Source of the DNA: Acidimicrobiia bacterium
GTDB lineage: Bacteria > Actinomycetota > Acidimicrobiia > Spongiisociales > UBA11373
Length of the DNA stretch: 54,233 bases
Assembly: GCA_040878325.1 (NCBI GenBank)
Contig: JBBDMM010000015.1
Location: 1 to 54,233, forward strand
Reading direction: 5' to 3'
Of the stretch, positions 37,668-46,505 are shown piece by piece. Position numbers and translations under genes: made by a program. Under the pieces are notes generated by a model, which did not search any database, was not told the DNA's origin, and saw only the letters and a list, made by a program, of their open reading frames with translations. Numbering within the stretch: the stretch's first letter is position 1; each line of letters starts with the position of its first letter.

Positions 37668-38225
37668 CCGACGGGGAGCCCACTCCTCGGCGATGGCGCG
37701 GAGTGCTCGTTCGCTCGGAGGCTCGGACCCGCCCCTGAGTTCGTGCCATCCGAGACGCAGCGCCAGGTCTCCGGCCGGAAAGACATCGCGGTGGCCGGCA
37801 CAGAAGATGAGGAAGCATTCTGCGGTCCAGCGGCCGATTCCCCGCAGAGCAGTGAGTTCTGCCACCACCTCGTCAGCTGTGCCGGCCGAGGCGCGGGCAA
37901 AGTCCAGACCGTCGAGTGCGGCCCTCGCCAGGCCCCGGGCGTACTCGGCCTTCATGCGAGTAAACCCGCAGGCCCGCATCGTGGCGTCGTCCATTGCGAG
38001 CAGCGCCTCCGGCGTGACGGTTCCCAAGGTCACCCGCAGTCGCCGGAACATCGCATCGGCCGCCTCGATCGACACCAGCTGCCCAAGGATGAGATGGATC
38101 ATCCCGGCAAAGCCGGGCTCGAGGAACTCCACCGGTACCGGTCGGGGGACGGCGGCGAACAGCGGGTGGCGCCGGCCGAGTACGGCCATGTCGCGGCGGA
38201 TCGCGGTCACCCGGGGATCGGTCAT
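37611..38225 (-). CDS. DNA-3-methyladenine glycosylase II (AlkA/HhH-GPD)
   Basis: ILGQLVS..AA, LRGIGRWTA, DVFPAGDLAL, WAPRRS.AA..IW. Confidence 0.9.
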   Translation of the reverse strand: MTDPRVTAIRRDMAVLGRRHPLFAAVPRPVPVEFLEPGFAGMIHLILGQLVSIEAADAMFRRLRVTLGTVTPEALLAMDDATMRACGFTRMKAEYARGLARAALDGLDFARASAGTADEVVAELTALRGIGRWTAECFLIFCAGHRDVFPAGDLALRLGWHELRGGSEPPSERALRAIAEEWAPRRSAAAHLIWHAYLRRRGRR

Positions 38226-38275
38226 GGTCGGGACCATACGGGCCCGTGATACTTGCAAGCTGGCCCGATACCACG

Positions 38276-38353
38276 CGATGAAGCGCTCCACTGGAGCGCT
38301 TCATCGAACGTTCGTATCGGATCCATCGGGAAGGCACCGCGCCGGTGCTTCCC
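38276..38353. terminator. Two hairpins between the DUF2188 gene and alkA
   Basis: CGATGAAGCGCTCCA-c-TGGAGCGCTTCATCG (38276-38306) and GGGAAGGCACCG-cgc-CGGTGCTTCCC (38328-38353). Confidence 0.55.
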
Positions 38354-38363
38354 GGGTTCGTGA

Positions 38364-38804
38364 TCAGCCGCGGCCGCGGGGGTCGTTCCCGTACGAGTTC
38401 CGCTCGCCCATCTTCCCGCTGGCATTGTGGATGATGTGCTCGACCTTTTCGCGCATCGCCGTCTCGCGGCCAGCCTTCTGGGCGGCGGTCTTCGTCGAGA
38501 AGACCCTGCTCACCTTGGAGGCGCCGGCGCGCTTGTTGGCCCAGCCCTTGTCGTGGGGAACGGTGTGGACCGCGGGACCCTGCTTTGCCTTCTTCCTCGG
38601 CGCGGCCTTCTTGACCGCCTTCTTCACGGTCTTCTTGGCAGCGGCCTTTTTCTTCGGCGCAGCCTTCTTGACGGTCCTCTTCACGGCCTTCTTGGCCGCG
38701 GGCTTCTTGGCTGCGACCTTCTTGGGCGCGGCCTTCACTTTCTTGACCGCCTTCTTCACGGCCTTCTTGACCGGCTTCCTTGCCGCGGGCTTGCGTGTGG
38801 TCAC
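38364..38804 (-). CDS. Histone H1-like Lys/Ala-rich N-terminus + DUF2188 domain
   Basis: About 75 aa of KKAV/KKAA/PKK repeats, then VHTVP...GWANKRAG...F.TK..AQ..GRE.A...EHIIH...G...ERNSYG.DP. Confidence 0.85.
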   Translation of the reverse strand: MTTRKPAARKPVKKAVKKAVKKVKAAPKKVAAKKPAAKKAVKRTVKKAAPKKKAAAKKTVKKAVKKAAPRKKAKQGPAVHTVPHDKGWANKRAGASKVSRVFSTKTAAQKAGRETAMREKVEHIIHNASGKMGERNSYGNDPRGRG

Positions 38805-38866
38805 GAGTCCTCCTCACTTGTCACACACTGATGATGCCAGGTGTTGGTGCGAATTGTCGGTAACGA

Positions 38867-38896
38867 ACTTCGGGGACCTCGCGAGGTCCCCGAAGT
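38867..38896 (-). terminator. Perfect 30-bp palindrome downstream of nrdJ, probable terminator
   Basis: ACTTCGGGGACCTCG|CGAGGTCCCCGAAGT, 20 bp after the nrdJ stop. Confidence 0.7.
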
Positions 38897-38916
38897 CTCG
38901 ACCGGTGAGTGGCGGT

Positions 38917-41900
38917 CTACGAGCAGCCCATCGAGTTTCCGCAGTTGAGGCAGCGGTAGCACGACCCGTTGCGAACGGTGATGTGGCCGCAGGTGTCGCA
39001 GAGGGGGGCGTCGCCCATCATCTCGCCCAGGGCGGCCTGCATCGAAGCCGTTTGTGTGGCCGCCGCCGTCGCCTTTGCCGTGACTGCCACCATCGTCCCG
39101 CGCGACTTGCCGTTGCCGTTGCCGGCATGCCCCTTGCCGTTGGTCGCGGTGACCTGCGGCTTGGCCACCGCCGGGTGGCTGATCGGAGCGGTCAGCGGCA
39201 TGTCGTCGTCGAGGCCAAGCTGCACTCCTGCGTCGACGGCGAGGCCACTGGGTGGCTCAGGGAGCTCACCGACCTCCTTCGGAGGGATCTGCACCAGGTC
39301 GGTTCGGCCGAGGTACTCCATCCCGAGCGAGCGGAAGACGTAGTCGATGATGGAGTTGGCCATCTTGATGTTGGGATGGCCCTCCACCATGCCTCTCGGC
39401 TCGAACGTCTGGAACGTGAACGACTCGACGAACTCCTCGAGGGGAACCCCGTACTGGAGACCCTTCGATACCGCGATCGCGAAGCAGCCGAGGATGCCCC
39501 GCAGTGTCGCCCCCTCCTTGGCGAGGTCGATGAACAGCTCGCCGAGCGTGCCGTCTTCGTATTCGCCGGTGCGGAGGAAGATCTTGTGGCCGCCGACCTT
39601 GGCCTCCTGGGTCCAGCCCTGGCGTCGTGACGGAAGCAAGAACCTCGGGCGATTCACCCCGTGGTACGCCTGGGTCGGGCTGATCCCCGGGGCAAACGTC
39701 CCGGTGACGAGCCGCGCCTCGGCATCGATCGCGTTGGCGAGTTCCTCCGATTCGTCTTCGTGTGAGTCGCCTTCACCGGTGGTGGAGGACAGTGGCTGGC
39801 TGGCCTTCGAACCGTCCCGGTACAGCGCCATCGCCTTCAGTCCCAACTCGGCGGAGAGGGCGTACGAGTCCTCGATGTCACCGATCTCGACCTCGTGGGG
39901 CATGTTGATCGTCTTCGAAATCGCCCCCGAAATGAACGGCTGGGCTGCCGCCATCGCCCGGATGTGGCCGGTGTGATGAATGAAGCGGACCCCGTGCTTG
40001 CCGTTCTTGTTGGCGCAATCGAACACCGGCAGATGGTCGTCCGCCAGATGCGGGGCACCCTCGATGGTCTGAGTGCCGCATATCACCCGGTTGGCCTCGT
40101 CGATGTGCACCGGAGTGAACCCGAGGGCGCGCAACAGGTCGAAGTCGAATGAGGTGTACTCGTCTTCATCGAATCCGAGCCGTTGCAGTGCGGACTCGCC
40201 GACCACGAACACGTTGAACGCGTGCCGTAGCTCGAAGACACCGGGCAGCGTCGCCTCGATCGCGTCGATCTCGCTGTCGTTGAAGCCCGTGGCGCTCAGC
40301 GACTCCCGGTTCACATGGGGGGTTCCGTCGAGGGTCATGGTGCCCACTACGTAGTCGACGATCTCGCGCCGCTGCTCCTCGTCGTAACCGAGGCGGCGGA
40401 GCGCCGGATCGATCGACTGGTTGGCGATCTTGAAGTAGCCGCCTCCGGCCAGCTTCTTGAACTTGACCAAAGCGAAGTCGGGCTCGACCCCGGTGGTGTC
40501 GCAATCCATCAGCAAGCCGATGGTCCCGGTCGGTGCCAGCACGGTGGCCTGGGCATTGCGGTAGCCATACTCCTCACCCATCGCCACCGCGTGGTCCCAG
40601 GACTCGCGGGCGGCGGCCAACAGATGGTCGGGGCACAGGTCGGGGTCGATGCCGACGACGCGGTGAGTGACACCGTCGTACTCGGACGGGTCGGCGTTGT
40701 ATGCGGCCCGGCGATGGTTGCGCATCACCCGGAGCATCGACTCGCGGTTCTCGGAGAACCGGGGGAATGGGCTCAGCACCGCCGCCATCTCCGCCGACGC
40801 CGCGTAGGCGTCGCCTGTGAGGACCGCGGTGAGCGCACCCGTGATCGCCCTGCCCTCGTCCGAGTCGTAGGGGATGCCCTGGCGCATCAACAGCGATCCC
40901 AGGTTGGCGAAGCCCAGCCCGAGCGTGCGGTAGTCGTACGACCCCTGGGCGATCTCCTGCGACGGGAAGTGGGCCATGGTGACCGAGATCTCGAGCACCA
41001 TCGTCCACAGCCGGATGGCGTGCTTGTAGCCCTCGATGTCGAATGCCCCGGTCTCGTCGTCGTAGAACGTCACCAGGTTGAGGCTCGCCAGGTTGCAGGC
41101 CGTGTTGTCTATGAACATGTACTCCGAGCAGGGATTCGACGCCCGGATGGGCCCGCCTGCGGGGCAGGTGTGCCATTGGTTGATGGTGGTGTCGAACTGC
41201 ACCCCGGGGTCGGCGCACGCCCAGGCGGCCTCGGCGATCTGACGCCACAGGTCGCGGGCCTTCATCGTCTTCATGACATGCCCGTCGATACGCGCGGTCA
41301 GCTCCCAGTCACCATCCTCAGCCACCGCCCGGATGAACTCCTCGCTTACCCGGACGGAGTTGTTGGAGTTCTGGCCCGAGACCGTCTGGTACGCCTCGCC
41401 GTTGAAGTCGGAGGGGTAGCCGGCGGCGATCAGGGCGCGCACCTTCTCTTCCTCGATCTTCTTCCAGTTGATGAAGAGCTCGATGTCGGGGTGGTCGATG
41501 TCGAGGATGACCATCTTGGCGGCGCGGCGGGTGGTGCCACCCGACTTGATGGCTCCGGCGGCGCGGTCGCCGATCTTGAGGAACGACATGACTCCGGACG
41601 ATTTGCCGCCACCGGAGAGGGTCTCGTTCTCGGCGCGCAGGCTCGAGAAGTTGGTGCCGGTGCCCGAGCCGAACTTGAACAGCCGGGCCTCGCGGGTCCA
41701 GAGGTCCATGATCCCGCCCTCGTTCACCAGATCGTCGTTCACCGACTGGATGAAACAGGCGTGTGGAGCGGGACGGGTGTAGGAGTCGTCGGAGGGAACG
41801 ACCTGACCGGTCGCCTCGTCGACGAACCAGAAGCCCTGCGCCGGCCCGGTGATCCCGTAGGCGTGGTTGAGCCCGGTGTTGAACCACTGCGGGCTGTTGG

Positions 41901-42315
41901 GGGCGGCGATCTGGTGGACGAGCATGAACGCGAGTTCGTCCTCGAAAGCCTGGGCGTCGGCCTCGGTGGCGAAGTAGCCGTACTGCTCACCCCACATCCG
42001 CCAGGTGGAGGAGAGACGGCCGATCACCTGGCGGGCGCTGCGCGCGCGCGCGCGCGCCGGGTTGCCGTCGTCGTCGACAATCAGGTCGCCCGCTTCGTCG
42101 CGCTGCGGAACCCCTGCCTTACGAAAGTACTTCGACACCATGATGTCGGCTGCGACCTGCGACCAGGTGGCCGGAACCTCGGCGTCCTTCATCTCGAAGA
42201 CCACCGATCCGTCGGGATTCGCAATCCGGGAGGTTCGGGTGCTCCACTCGGCCGTGTCGAACGGATCGGTTCCCGCATCCGTGAAGTAGCGGCTGATTCT
42301 GAGCCCGTCACCCAT
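38917..42315 (-). CDS. nrdJ: Vitamin B12-dependent (class II) ribonucleotide reductase
   Basis: PNSPQWFN, ACFIQ, GSGTG.N, SNPCSE, APTGTIG, GAISKTIN, C-terminal CxxC..CxxC..GCS; ATG 42315 preceded by AGGGAGG. Confidence 0.96.
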   Translation of the reverse strand: MGDGLRISRYFTDAGTDPFDTAEWSTRTSRIANPDGSVVFEMKDAEVPATWSQVAADIMVSKYFRKAGVPQRDEAGDLIVDDDGNPARARARSARQVIGRLSSTWRMWGEQYGYFATEADAQAFEDELAFMLVHQIAAPNSPQWFNTGLNHAYGITGPAQGFWFVDEATGQVVPSDDSYTRPAPHACFIQSVNDDLVNEGGIMDLWTREARLFKFGSGTGTNFSSLRAENETLSGGGKSSGVMSFLKIGDRAAGAIKSGGTTRRAAKMVILDIDHPDIELFINWKKIEEEKVRALIAAGYPSDFNGEAYQTVSGQNSNNSVRVSEEFIRAVAEDGDWELTARIDGHVMKTMKARDLWRQIAEAAWACADPGVQFDTTINQWHTCPAGGPIRASNPCSEYMFIDNTACNLASLNLVTFYDDETGAFDIEGYKHAIRLWTMVLEISVTMAHFPSQEIAQGSYDYRTLGLGFANLGSLLMRQGIPYDSDEGRAITGALTAVLTGDAYAASAEMAAVLSPFPRFSENRESMLRVMRNHRRAAYNADPSEYDGVTHRVVGIDPDLCPDHLLAAARESWDHAVAMGEEYGYRNAQATVLAPTGTIGLLMDCDTTGVEPDFALVKFKKLAGGGYFKIANQSIDPALRRLGYDEEQRREIVDYVVGTMTLDGTPHVNRESLSATGFNDSEIDAIEATLPGVFELRHAFNVFVVGESALQRLGFDEDEYTSFDFDLLRALGFTPVHIDEANRVICGTQTIEGAPHLADDHLPVFDCANKNGKHGVRFIHHTGHIRAMAAAQPFISGAISKTINMPHEVEIGDIEDSYALSAELGLKAMALYRDGSKASQPLSSTTGEGDSHEDESEELANAIDAEARLVTGTFAPGISPTQAYHGVNRPRFLLPSRRQGWTQEAKVGGHKIFLRTGEYEDGTLGELFIDLAKEGATLRGILGCFAIAVSKGLQYGVPLEEFVESFTFQTFEPRGMVEGHPNIKMANSIIDYVFRSLGMEYLGRTDLVQIPPKEVGELPEPPSGLAVDAGVQLGLDDDMPLTAPISHPAVAKPQVTATNGKGHAGNGNGKSRGTMVAVTAKATAAATQTASMQAALGEMMGDAPLCDTCGHITVRNGSCYRCLNCGNSMGCS

Positions 42316-42399
42316 GAGGACCTCCCTGTCCTGGTGCGCTTCGTGCGCCGCTTCCGTTCGTCTGGGGACCGTGACCGCAAGGGTCGACTTGTCCACAGC

Positions 42400-42447
42400 C
42401 ACAAGATGTGGTGGTCGAGGAAGTGAAGGACCACTACTTGATGTGGA
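42400..42447 (-). promoter_or_regulatory. Tandem NrdR boxes
   Basis: cacaagatgtggtggt (42400-42415; reverse ACCACCACATCTTGTG) and cactacttgatgtgga (42432-42447), 32 bp apart, upstream of nrdJ. Confidence 0.75.
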
Positions 42448-42453
42448 CCCACC

Positions 42454-42483
42454 ACTGTAATTACACGCGTGTCATCCCGTCAA
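42454..42483 (-). promoter_or_regulatory. Housekeeping sigma promoter for nrdJ
   Basis: Minus strand TTGACG-N18-TACAGT immediately upstream of the NrdR boxes. Confidence 0.6.
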
Positions 42484-42616
42484 GCAACCACTGCGACGGG
42501 GGAAGTCGCCGGGGGGAAGAAACCGGCGTGAGACTGTTGTAGCGGTGCGCCCCACTCGGGGCAACTCCGCGCACTAGGGAGATTTCGCGTTGAAGTGTCG
42601 GGCCCCGGACGCTTCG

Positions 42617-42901
42617 TCAGCCATCGAGAAACTGGGCGCAAGCGAAGCTCGCTTCGAAGAACTCCGGCGGTGGCTCGTCCGTCCCTTCGATCGCCAGCGA
42701 CATGATCTCTTCCTGGGTGAATCGGTCTTCGAGTTCGCCGAGGTAGCAGATGCAGAACTCCTCAGATTCATCATCAGTGCAGTTCTCCATGAAGAGCCGG
42801 CGAAAGTCCTCGCTGAACTCGCTGCCGCCTCCATCGTCGCCGCACGCCGACGCCAACACGACGACCGACAGGGTGGCTGCGAGCAGCCGGCGGAACTTCA
42901 T
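42617..42901 (-). CDS. Small acidic lipoprotein
   Basis: MKFRR signal peptide, LASAC lipobox, four further Cys. Confidence 0.7.
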   Translation of the reverse strand: MKFRRLLAATLSVVVLASACGDDGGGSEFSEDFRRLFMENCTDDESEEFCICYLGELEDRFTQEEIMSLAIEGTDEPPPEFFEASFACAQFLDG

Positions 42902-42955
42902 CTCGGCTCTCCTTGTGACGGCGCGAGCGTACCCCGACCAGTGAACAGCCACGCG

Positions 42956-44536
42956 TCAGGCTGCGGCGAGCGCCTCGATGATGGCCCAGGCGAGAATGCC
43001 GTATCCGACCGACTTGGGGTGAATGTCCGGTTCGGCGTCCAGCATGTGGGTGGTGGCTGCCGTCGTCCCGCGCATCGGCGTGAACCCGTCGGCGACGATC
43101 ACGCCGAGGTTCTCAGCCACCCGGGTGCCGAGTGCGTTGAACGCGGCGACGATCTGGTCGCTCCGACCCTCGAAGCCGACGCCGCCCGCCAGGCCGAGGC
43201 TGAACGGGTTGTAGGCGGTGAGGTACACCACCGGCACGTCGGGGGCGGCGGCCGCCAGGCGTTCGAGGATCACCGACAGATTCGCCTCGTAGGTGGTGAA
43301 TGCGGCATCGAGTCTGGCCGAACAGTCGGGGGAGTCGATGTCGTCGGAGCAATCGTCCGAGCCGAGGTGGCCGAGGAGGTCATTGGCACCGATGTCGATC
43401 ATCACATAGGCGACGTCCACCGTCTCGATGTATGCGATCGCGGCGTCGAGCTGGCCTCCGCGGATCATGGTGCCCGTCGTCTCCCCGGAGACGCCAAAGT
43501 TCCGCAGCCCGAGGGTACGGGCGTCGCGCCGCTGCAGTTCGGCGTGGACCCTCGAGACATATCCCCTTCGCGGCTCGTCGACGCCGACATTGGCGGCCAA
43601 CGAGTCACCGAGAGCGACTACCACGGGAACCCCGGGGAAGAGGGTGCCATTCACTTCGCCTGGTCCCAGTCGCTGGTCGGGAGGCTCGACCCCCGATCCC
43701 AGGCCGGCTGCCTGATCGGCGAGAGCAGTCAACAGCGCTGCGGAGGTGATCGTGGCGCCACCGCCATGGGAGCCGGTGACCACGATCTGGTCGTTGCCGA
43801 GGGTGATCGATTGGACATCGGCGTTGAGGCCGACCAGCACGTCGTTGAGATCCGCCACTTCGGCGAGGATGTCCTCGATGGCGTCGCGGCCGATTCCGGG
43901 GAGGTCGAGATCGCCCACCTCGAGGTGAGTCACTTCCACCCGGATGGCGCCGGCGTCGAGGTGGAAGCCGACCGTGCCGCTGAACTCAATCCCACCGCTC
44001 TTGAAGAATCCGACGATGGAGAGGGTGCCCGACTCGTCGTCGCCGGTGGCGGGGTCCTCGATGTCTACTTCGATCCTTCGAATCGGGTTGTTGGCGATCT
44101 CGCCCAGACCCTTCTGCAGGTAGGCGCCGGTCTCCTCTTCGGTGAGAACGATCCGGAAGCCGTTCTGGGCGTTCGCCACGGCGATGGCGGCTTCGGCGGA
44201 GGCAACCGAATTGGGGTCGGCCTCGTCGACCGGTCCCTCGGTCGTAGAGATGGCGCGATAGATCTCCAGCGCATGGCTCACCCCGTAGTAGATGCTCCCC
44301 ACCACCAATGCGAGCATGAGGAGGGCGATGAAGATCGACGGGCCGCGGGTCGCGGCAAACGCCGAATACATGGCGACCGCGAAGGTCAGACCGCCGAGAA
44401 CCAGCCCCCAGACCGCGCTTCCGGATCTCAGCCAGGCGAGGATCCCGACCAGGACCGCGGCCGGCACGCCGAGCAGCACCGAGGCCGTGCGGGCGCCGGA
44501 ACTCTTCGGGGCAGGGGCGTAATAGGAGTACGACAT
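42956..44536 (-). CDS. Membrane-anchored SGNH/GDSL hydrolase with an extra N-terminal domain
   Basis: 3 TM segments; ALGDSL, GVSGET, IGAND, DIHP blocks. Confidence 0.88.
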   Translation of the reverse strand: MSYSYYAPAPKSSGARTASVLLGVPAAVLVGILAWLRSGSAVWGLVLGGLTFAVAMYSAFAATRGPSIFIALLMLALVVGSIYYGVSHALEIYRAISTTEGPVDEADPNSVASAEAAIAVANAQNGFRIVLTEEETGAYLQKGLGEIANNPIRRIEVDIEDPATGDDESGTLSIVGFFKSGGIEFSGTVGFHLDAGAIRVEVTHLEVGDLDLPGIGRDAIEDILAEVADLNDVLVGLNADVQSITLGNDQIVVTGSHGGGATITSAALLTALADQAAGLGSGVEPPDQRLGPGEVNGTLFPGVPVVVALGDSLAANVGVDEPRRGYVSRVHAELQRRDARTLGLRNFGVSGETTGTMIRGGQLDAAIAYIETVDVAYVMIDIGANDLLGHLGSDDCSDDIDSPDCSARLDAAFTTYEANLSVILERLAAAAPDVPVVYLTAYNPFSLGLAGGVGFEGRSDQIVAAFNALGTRVAENLGVIVADGFTPMRGTTAATTHMLDAEPDIHPKSVGYGILAWAIIEALAAA

Positions 44537-44540
44537 GAAA

Positions 44541-44610
44541 CGGGGCGGGCTTGGTGCCCGCCCCGTGACGTTAGAGGCTCAGGGGGTTAGCGAATAGGTC
44601 GCTAACCCCC
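44541..44610. terminator. Two GC-rich hairpins in a 95-bp intergenic gap
   Basis: CGGGGCGGGC-ttggt-GCCCGCCCCG (44541-44565) and GGGGGTTAGCGA-atagg-TCGCTAACCCCC (44582-44610). Confidence 0.6.
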
Positions 44611-44630
44611 CCACTCGACTTGCGAACCGC

Positions 44631-44969
44631 CTACTCGTCGCCCTCCTCCTCGACCGGCAGCTCCGCGGGCATCGCCGCGGTCGCCGGCCGTGCCGGTTCG
44701 GCGGGCGTCGCCGGTGTCGCCGGGGCTGGCGGGGCCGCCGGGGCGGCGCCGGCTCTCATCGGTGCAGGGCCTTTGGGCTTCTTCGCCGGGGCGAACAGGC
44801 CCCAGAGGAGGCCGAACGCCGCCCCCGCCACCGTGTAGATGATGGCTGTGGGAATGTCGAGCCGGACGATGCTGAGGACCATCAGCAGGAGGATCCCGCC
44901 GAAGCCCATCAGCAATCCCCAAAGCGCTCCTCGTATGGGATGCCGATGCAATACGGTGTCGCTGTTCAT
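44631..44969 (-). CDS. Small membrane protein with Pro/Ala-rich tail
   Basis: 2 TM segments; TGATG coupling to the upstream gene. Confidence 0.65.
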   Translation of the reverse strand: MNSDTVLHRHPIRGALWGLLMGFGGILLLMVLSIVRLDIPTAIIYTVAGAAFGLLWGLFAPAKKPKGPAPMRAGAAPAAPPAPATPATPAEPARPATAAMPAELPVEEEGDE

Positions 44970-45811
44970 CAGCCCTCCCTCCATGACAGCGCCGGCCGTG
45001 CGTTGAACAACACACCGGTGAACCCGGCCGCGGCGAACAAGGTTGCCAGGATTCCCGGCGGGGTGAGGAATGGGTTCGGCCCCACGAACTTCACCCAGCC
45101 TCGTCCGATGCAGTTGGGTTCGGGATAGGTCGCCTGATCGGGCAGTTCGGTTGGGCCCCACTCGTCGACCCACGCGCCTTCAGCCACCACCAGCGCGGTG
45201 AAGGGGAAGGGGAGTAGCGCCCCGAAGTCGACCGACCCGGCATTGCGGTTCTTGTCCCGCGGGTTCGGATCGCCGCCGTCGTCCTTGAAGATCCCTTCGG
45301 CCTTCAGGTACCAGCGGTGGTTGTGGAAGGTGGCGGGCTGGCTCGATCCGAAGTAGAGCAGGGTCCCCCGGGTGTCGACCTCGAAGGGGTTGCTCTTCGT
45401 CATCGCCTGGTTGCCGTTGATGTCGATCAGGGGATCGGGTCCACCCCGGTCGATGAACGCGTCGACCGAGCTGCCGTCCGCGTCGTACGAGATCACAACG
45501 CCCTTGCAGGGTCCGGTCAGGCTCGACCCCTCGTCGTCGGTGTCGAACGAATCCGACCCGACGGCATCGAGAAAGGCCTGATCCTCGACTTCGCCGACCG
45601 CATCGTCCCAGATCCCGGCTATGCCCTCTGGGGGGACCTCTTTGAAGTCGGGAATGCCATCACCGTTGCGATCCTCGAAGTCGTCTCGGAACTGCTCGGG
45701 AATGAACTCGAACAGATCGATGGTCGGATCGCCTTGCGCTGTCGCATACGGTGCGGCCCCAATCAACATGATCAAACCGACGGCGAGCAACAGGTTGCGC
45801 CATCGTTTCAC
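44969..45811 (-). CDS. Secreted/surface hypothetical protein with C-terminal TM anchor
   Basis: Signal peptide, DRNGDGIPD acidic motif, C-terminal hydrophobic helix. Confidence 0.7.
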   Translation of the reverse strand: MKRWRNLLLAVGLIMLIGAAPYATAQGDPTIDLFEFIPEQFRDDFEDRNGDGIPDFKEVPPEGIAGIWDDAVGEVEDQAFLDAVGSDSFDTDDEGSSLTGPCKGVVISYDADGSSVDAFIDRGGPDPLIDINGNQAMTKSNPFEVDTRGTLLYFGSSQPATFHNHRWYLKAEGIFKDDGGDPNPRDKNRNAGSVDFGALLPFPFTALVVAEGAWVDEWGPTELPDQATYPEPNCIGRGWVKFVGPNPFLTPPGILATLFAAAGFTGVLFNARPALSWREG

Positions 45812-45864
45812 GGATGATCCCCCTTGTAAGTGCCGCGGAGTCTATCGGCCGGTCGGCTGCCGCG

Positions 45865-46050
45865 TCAGGGGGTTTCGTCGGCCTCCTCATCCTCCGGCAC
45901 CACGAGGTCGTACCGATGGCCGCAGTCTTCGCAGACGTAGGCGACGACATCACCGGCAACGAACCCCTCATCCGGCGAAAAACTCATCAGATTCGCCGTC
46001 CCCTGGCATTCGAGACAGGGGATCTGCAAAGGCGTAGGAGGAGTCGCCAT
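45865..46050 (-). CDS. Small zinc-ribbon protein
   Basis: CLEC ... CEDC pair in 61 aa. Confidence 0.7.
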   Translation of the reverse strand: MATPPTPLQIPCLECQGTANLMSFSPDEGFVAGDVVAYVCEDCGHRYDLVVPEDEEADETP

Positions 46051-46070
46051 TGAGACAGGTTAAGGACTGG

Positions 46071-46130
46071 ATTGGCTATTGGCTATTGGCGACTGGCGAC
46101 TGGGGACTGGGGACTGGGGACTGGGGACTA
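46071..46130. repeat. Graded heptamer array TTGGCTA > TTGGCGA > CTGGCGA > (CTGGGGA)x4
   Basis: attggctattggctattggcgactggcgactggggactggggactggggactggggacta. Confidence 0.85.
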
Positions 46131-46505
46131 TTGAAGGCTTCTCAGGTAGGCGATGATGTCCCTGATCTCCGAGTCGGTGAGGTTGGTGCGTCCGCCTCGG
46201 GGGGGCATGGCGATGCCGCTGGTGTTCTCCGGATCGGTGGTGGGTCGTCCCATGACGATGAACGCGAGAAGATCCTCATCGGTCAGGCCTGCAATGAAGT
46301 CGGAGTGGGACAGGGGCTTGCCCAGCCCGATGATGCCTTCTCCCGCGGAACCGTGGCAGGCACCGCAAGCCACCAGGTAGGCGGATTCTCCTCGCCCTGC
46401 ATCGGCTGTGCCCGGGTCAGCCGGGGCGTTGCCTCCGCAGGCGACGGCCAGGAGCAGCGCTCCGACTACGGCCACGGCCCTCTGCGCTCTCTTGGTCGGC
46501 GACAT
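46128..46505 (-). CDS. c-type cytochrome lipoprotein (monoheme)
   Basis: LAVAC lipobox, CGACH heme motif, distal MPP. Confidence 0.88.
   Translation of the reverse strand: MSPTKRAQRAVAVVGALLLAVACGGNAPADPGTADAGRGESAYLVACGACHGSAGEGIIGLGKPLSHSDFIAGLTDEDLLAFIVMGRPTTDPENTSGIAMPPRGGRTNLTDSEIRDIIAYLRSLQ

Noticed and set aside
42445..42535. Cobalamin-riboswitch-like words (ccactgtaa, ccactg, gggaag) near the B12-dependent nrdJ
   Set aside because: They lie on the strand opposite nrdJ, lack a convincing 5' core and B12 box, and overlap the promoter. An Rfam scan would settle it.
40315..44590. Long + strand ORFs (40315-42426, 42590-44590; likewise 37693-39630 and 13401-14915)
   Set aside because: Antisense or alternate-frame shadows of well-supported genes, expected at high GC, with no recognisable motifs.
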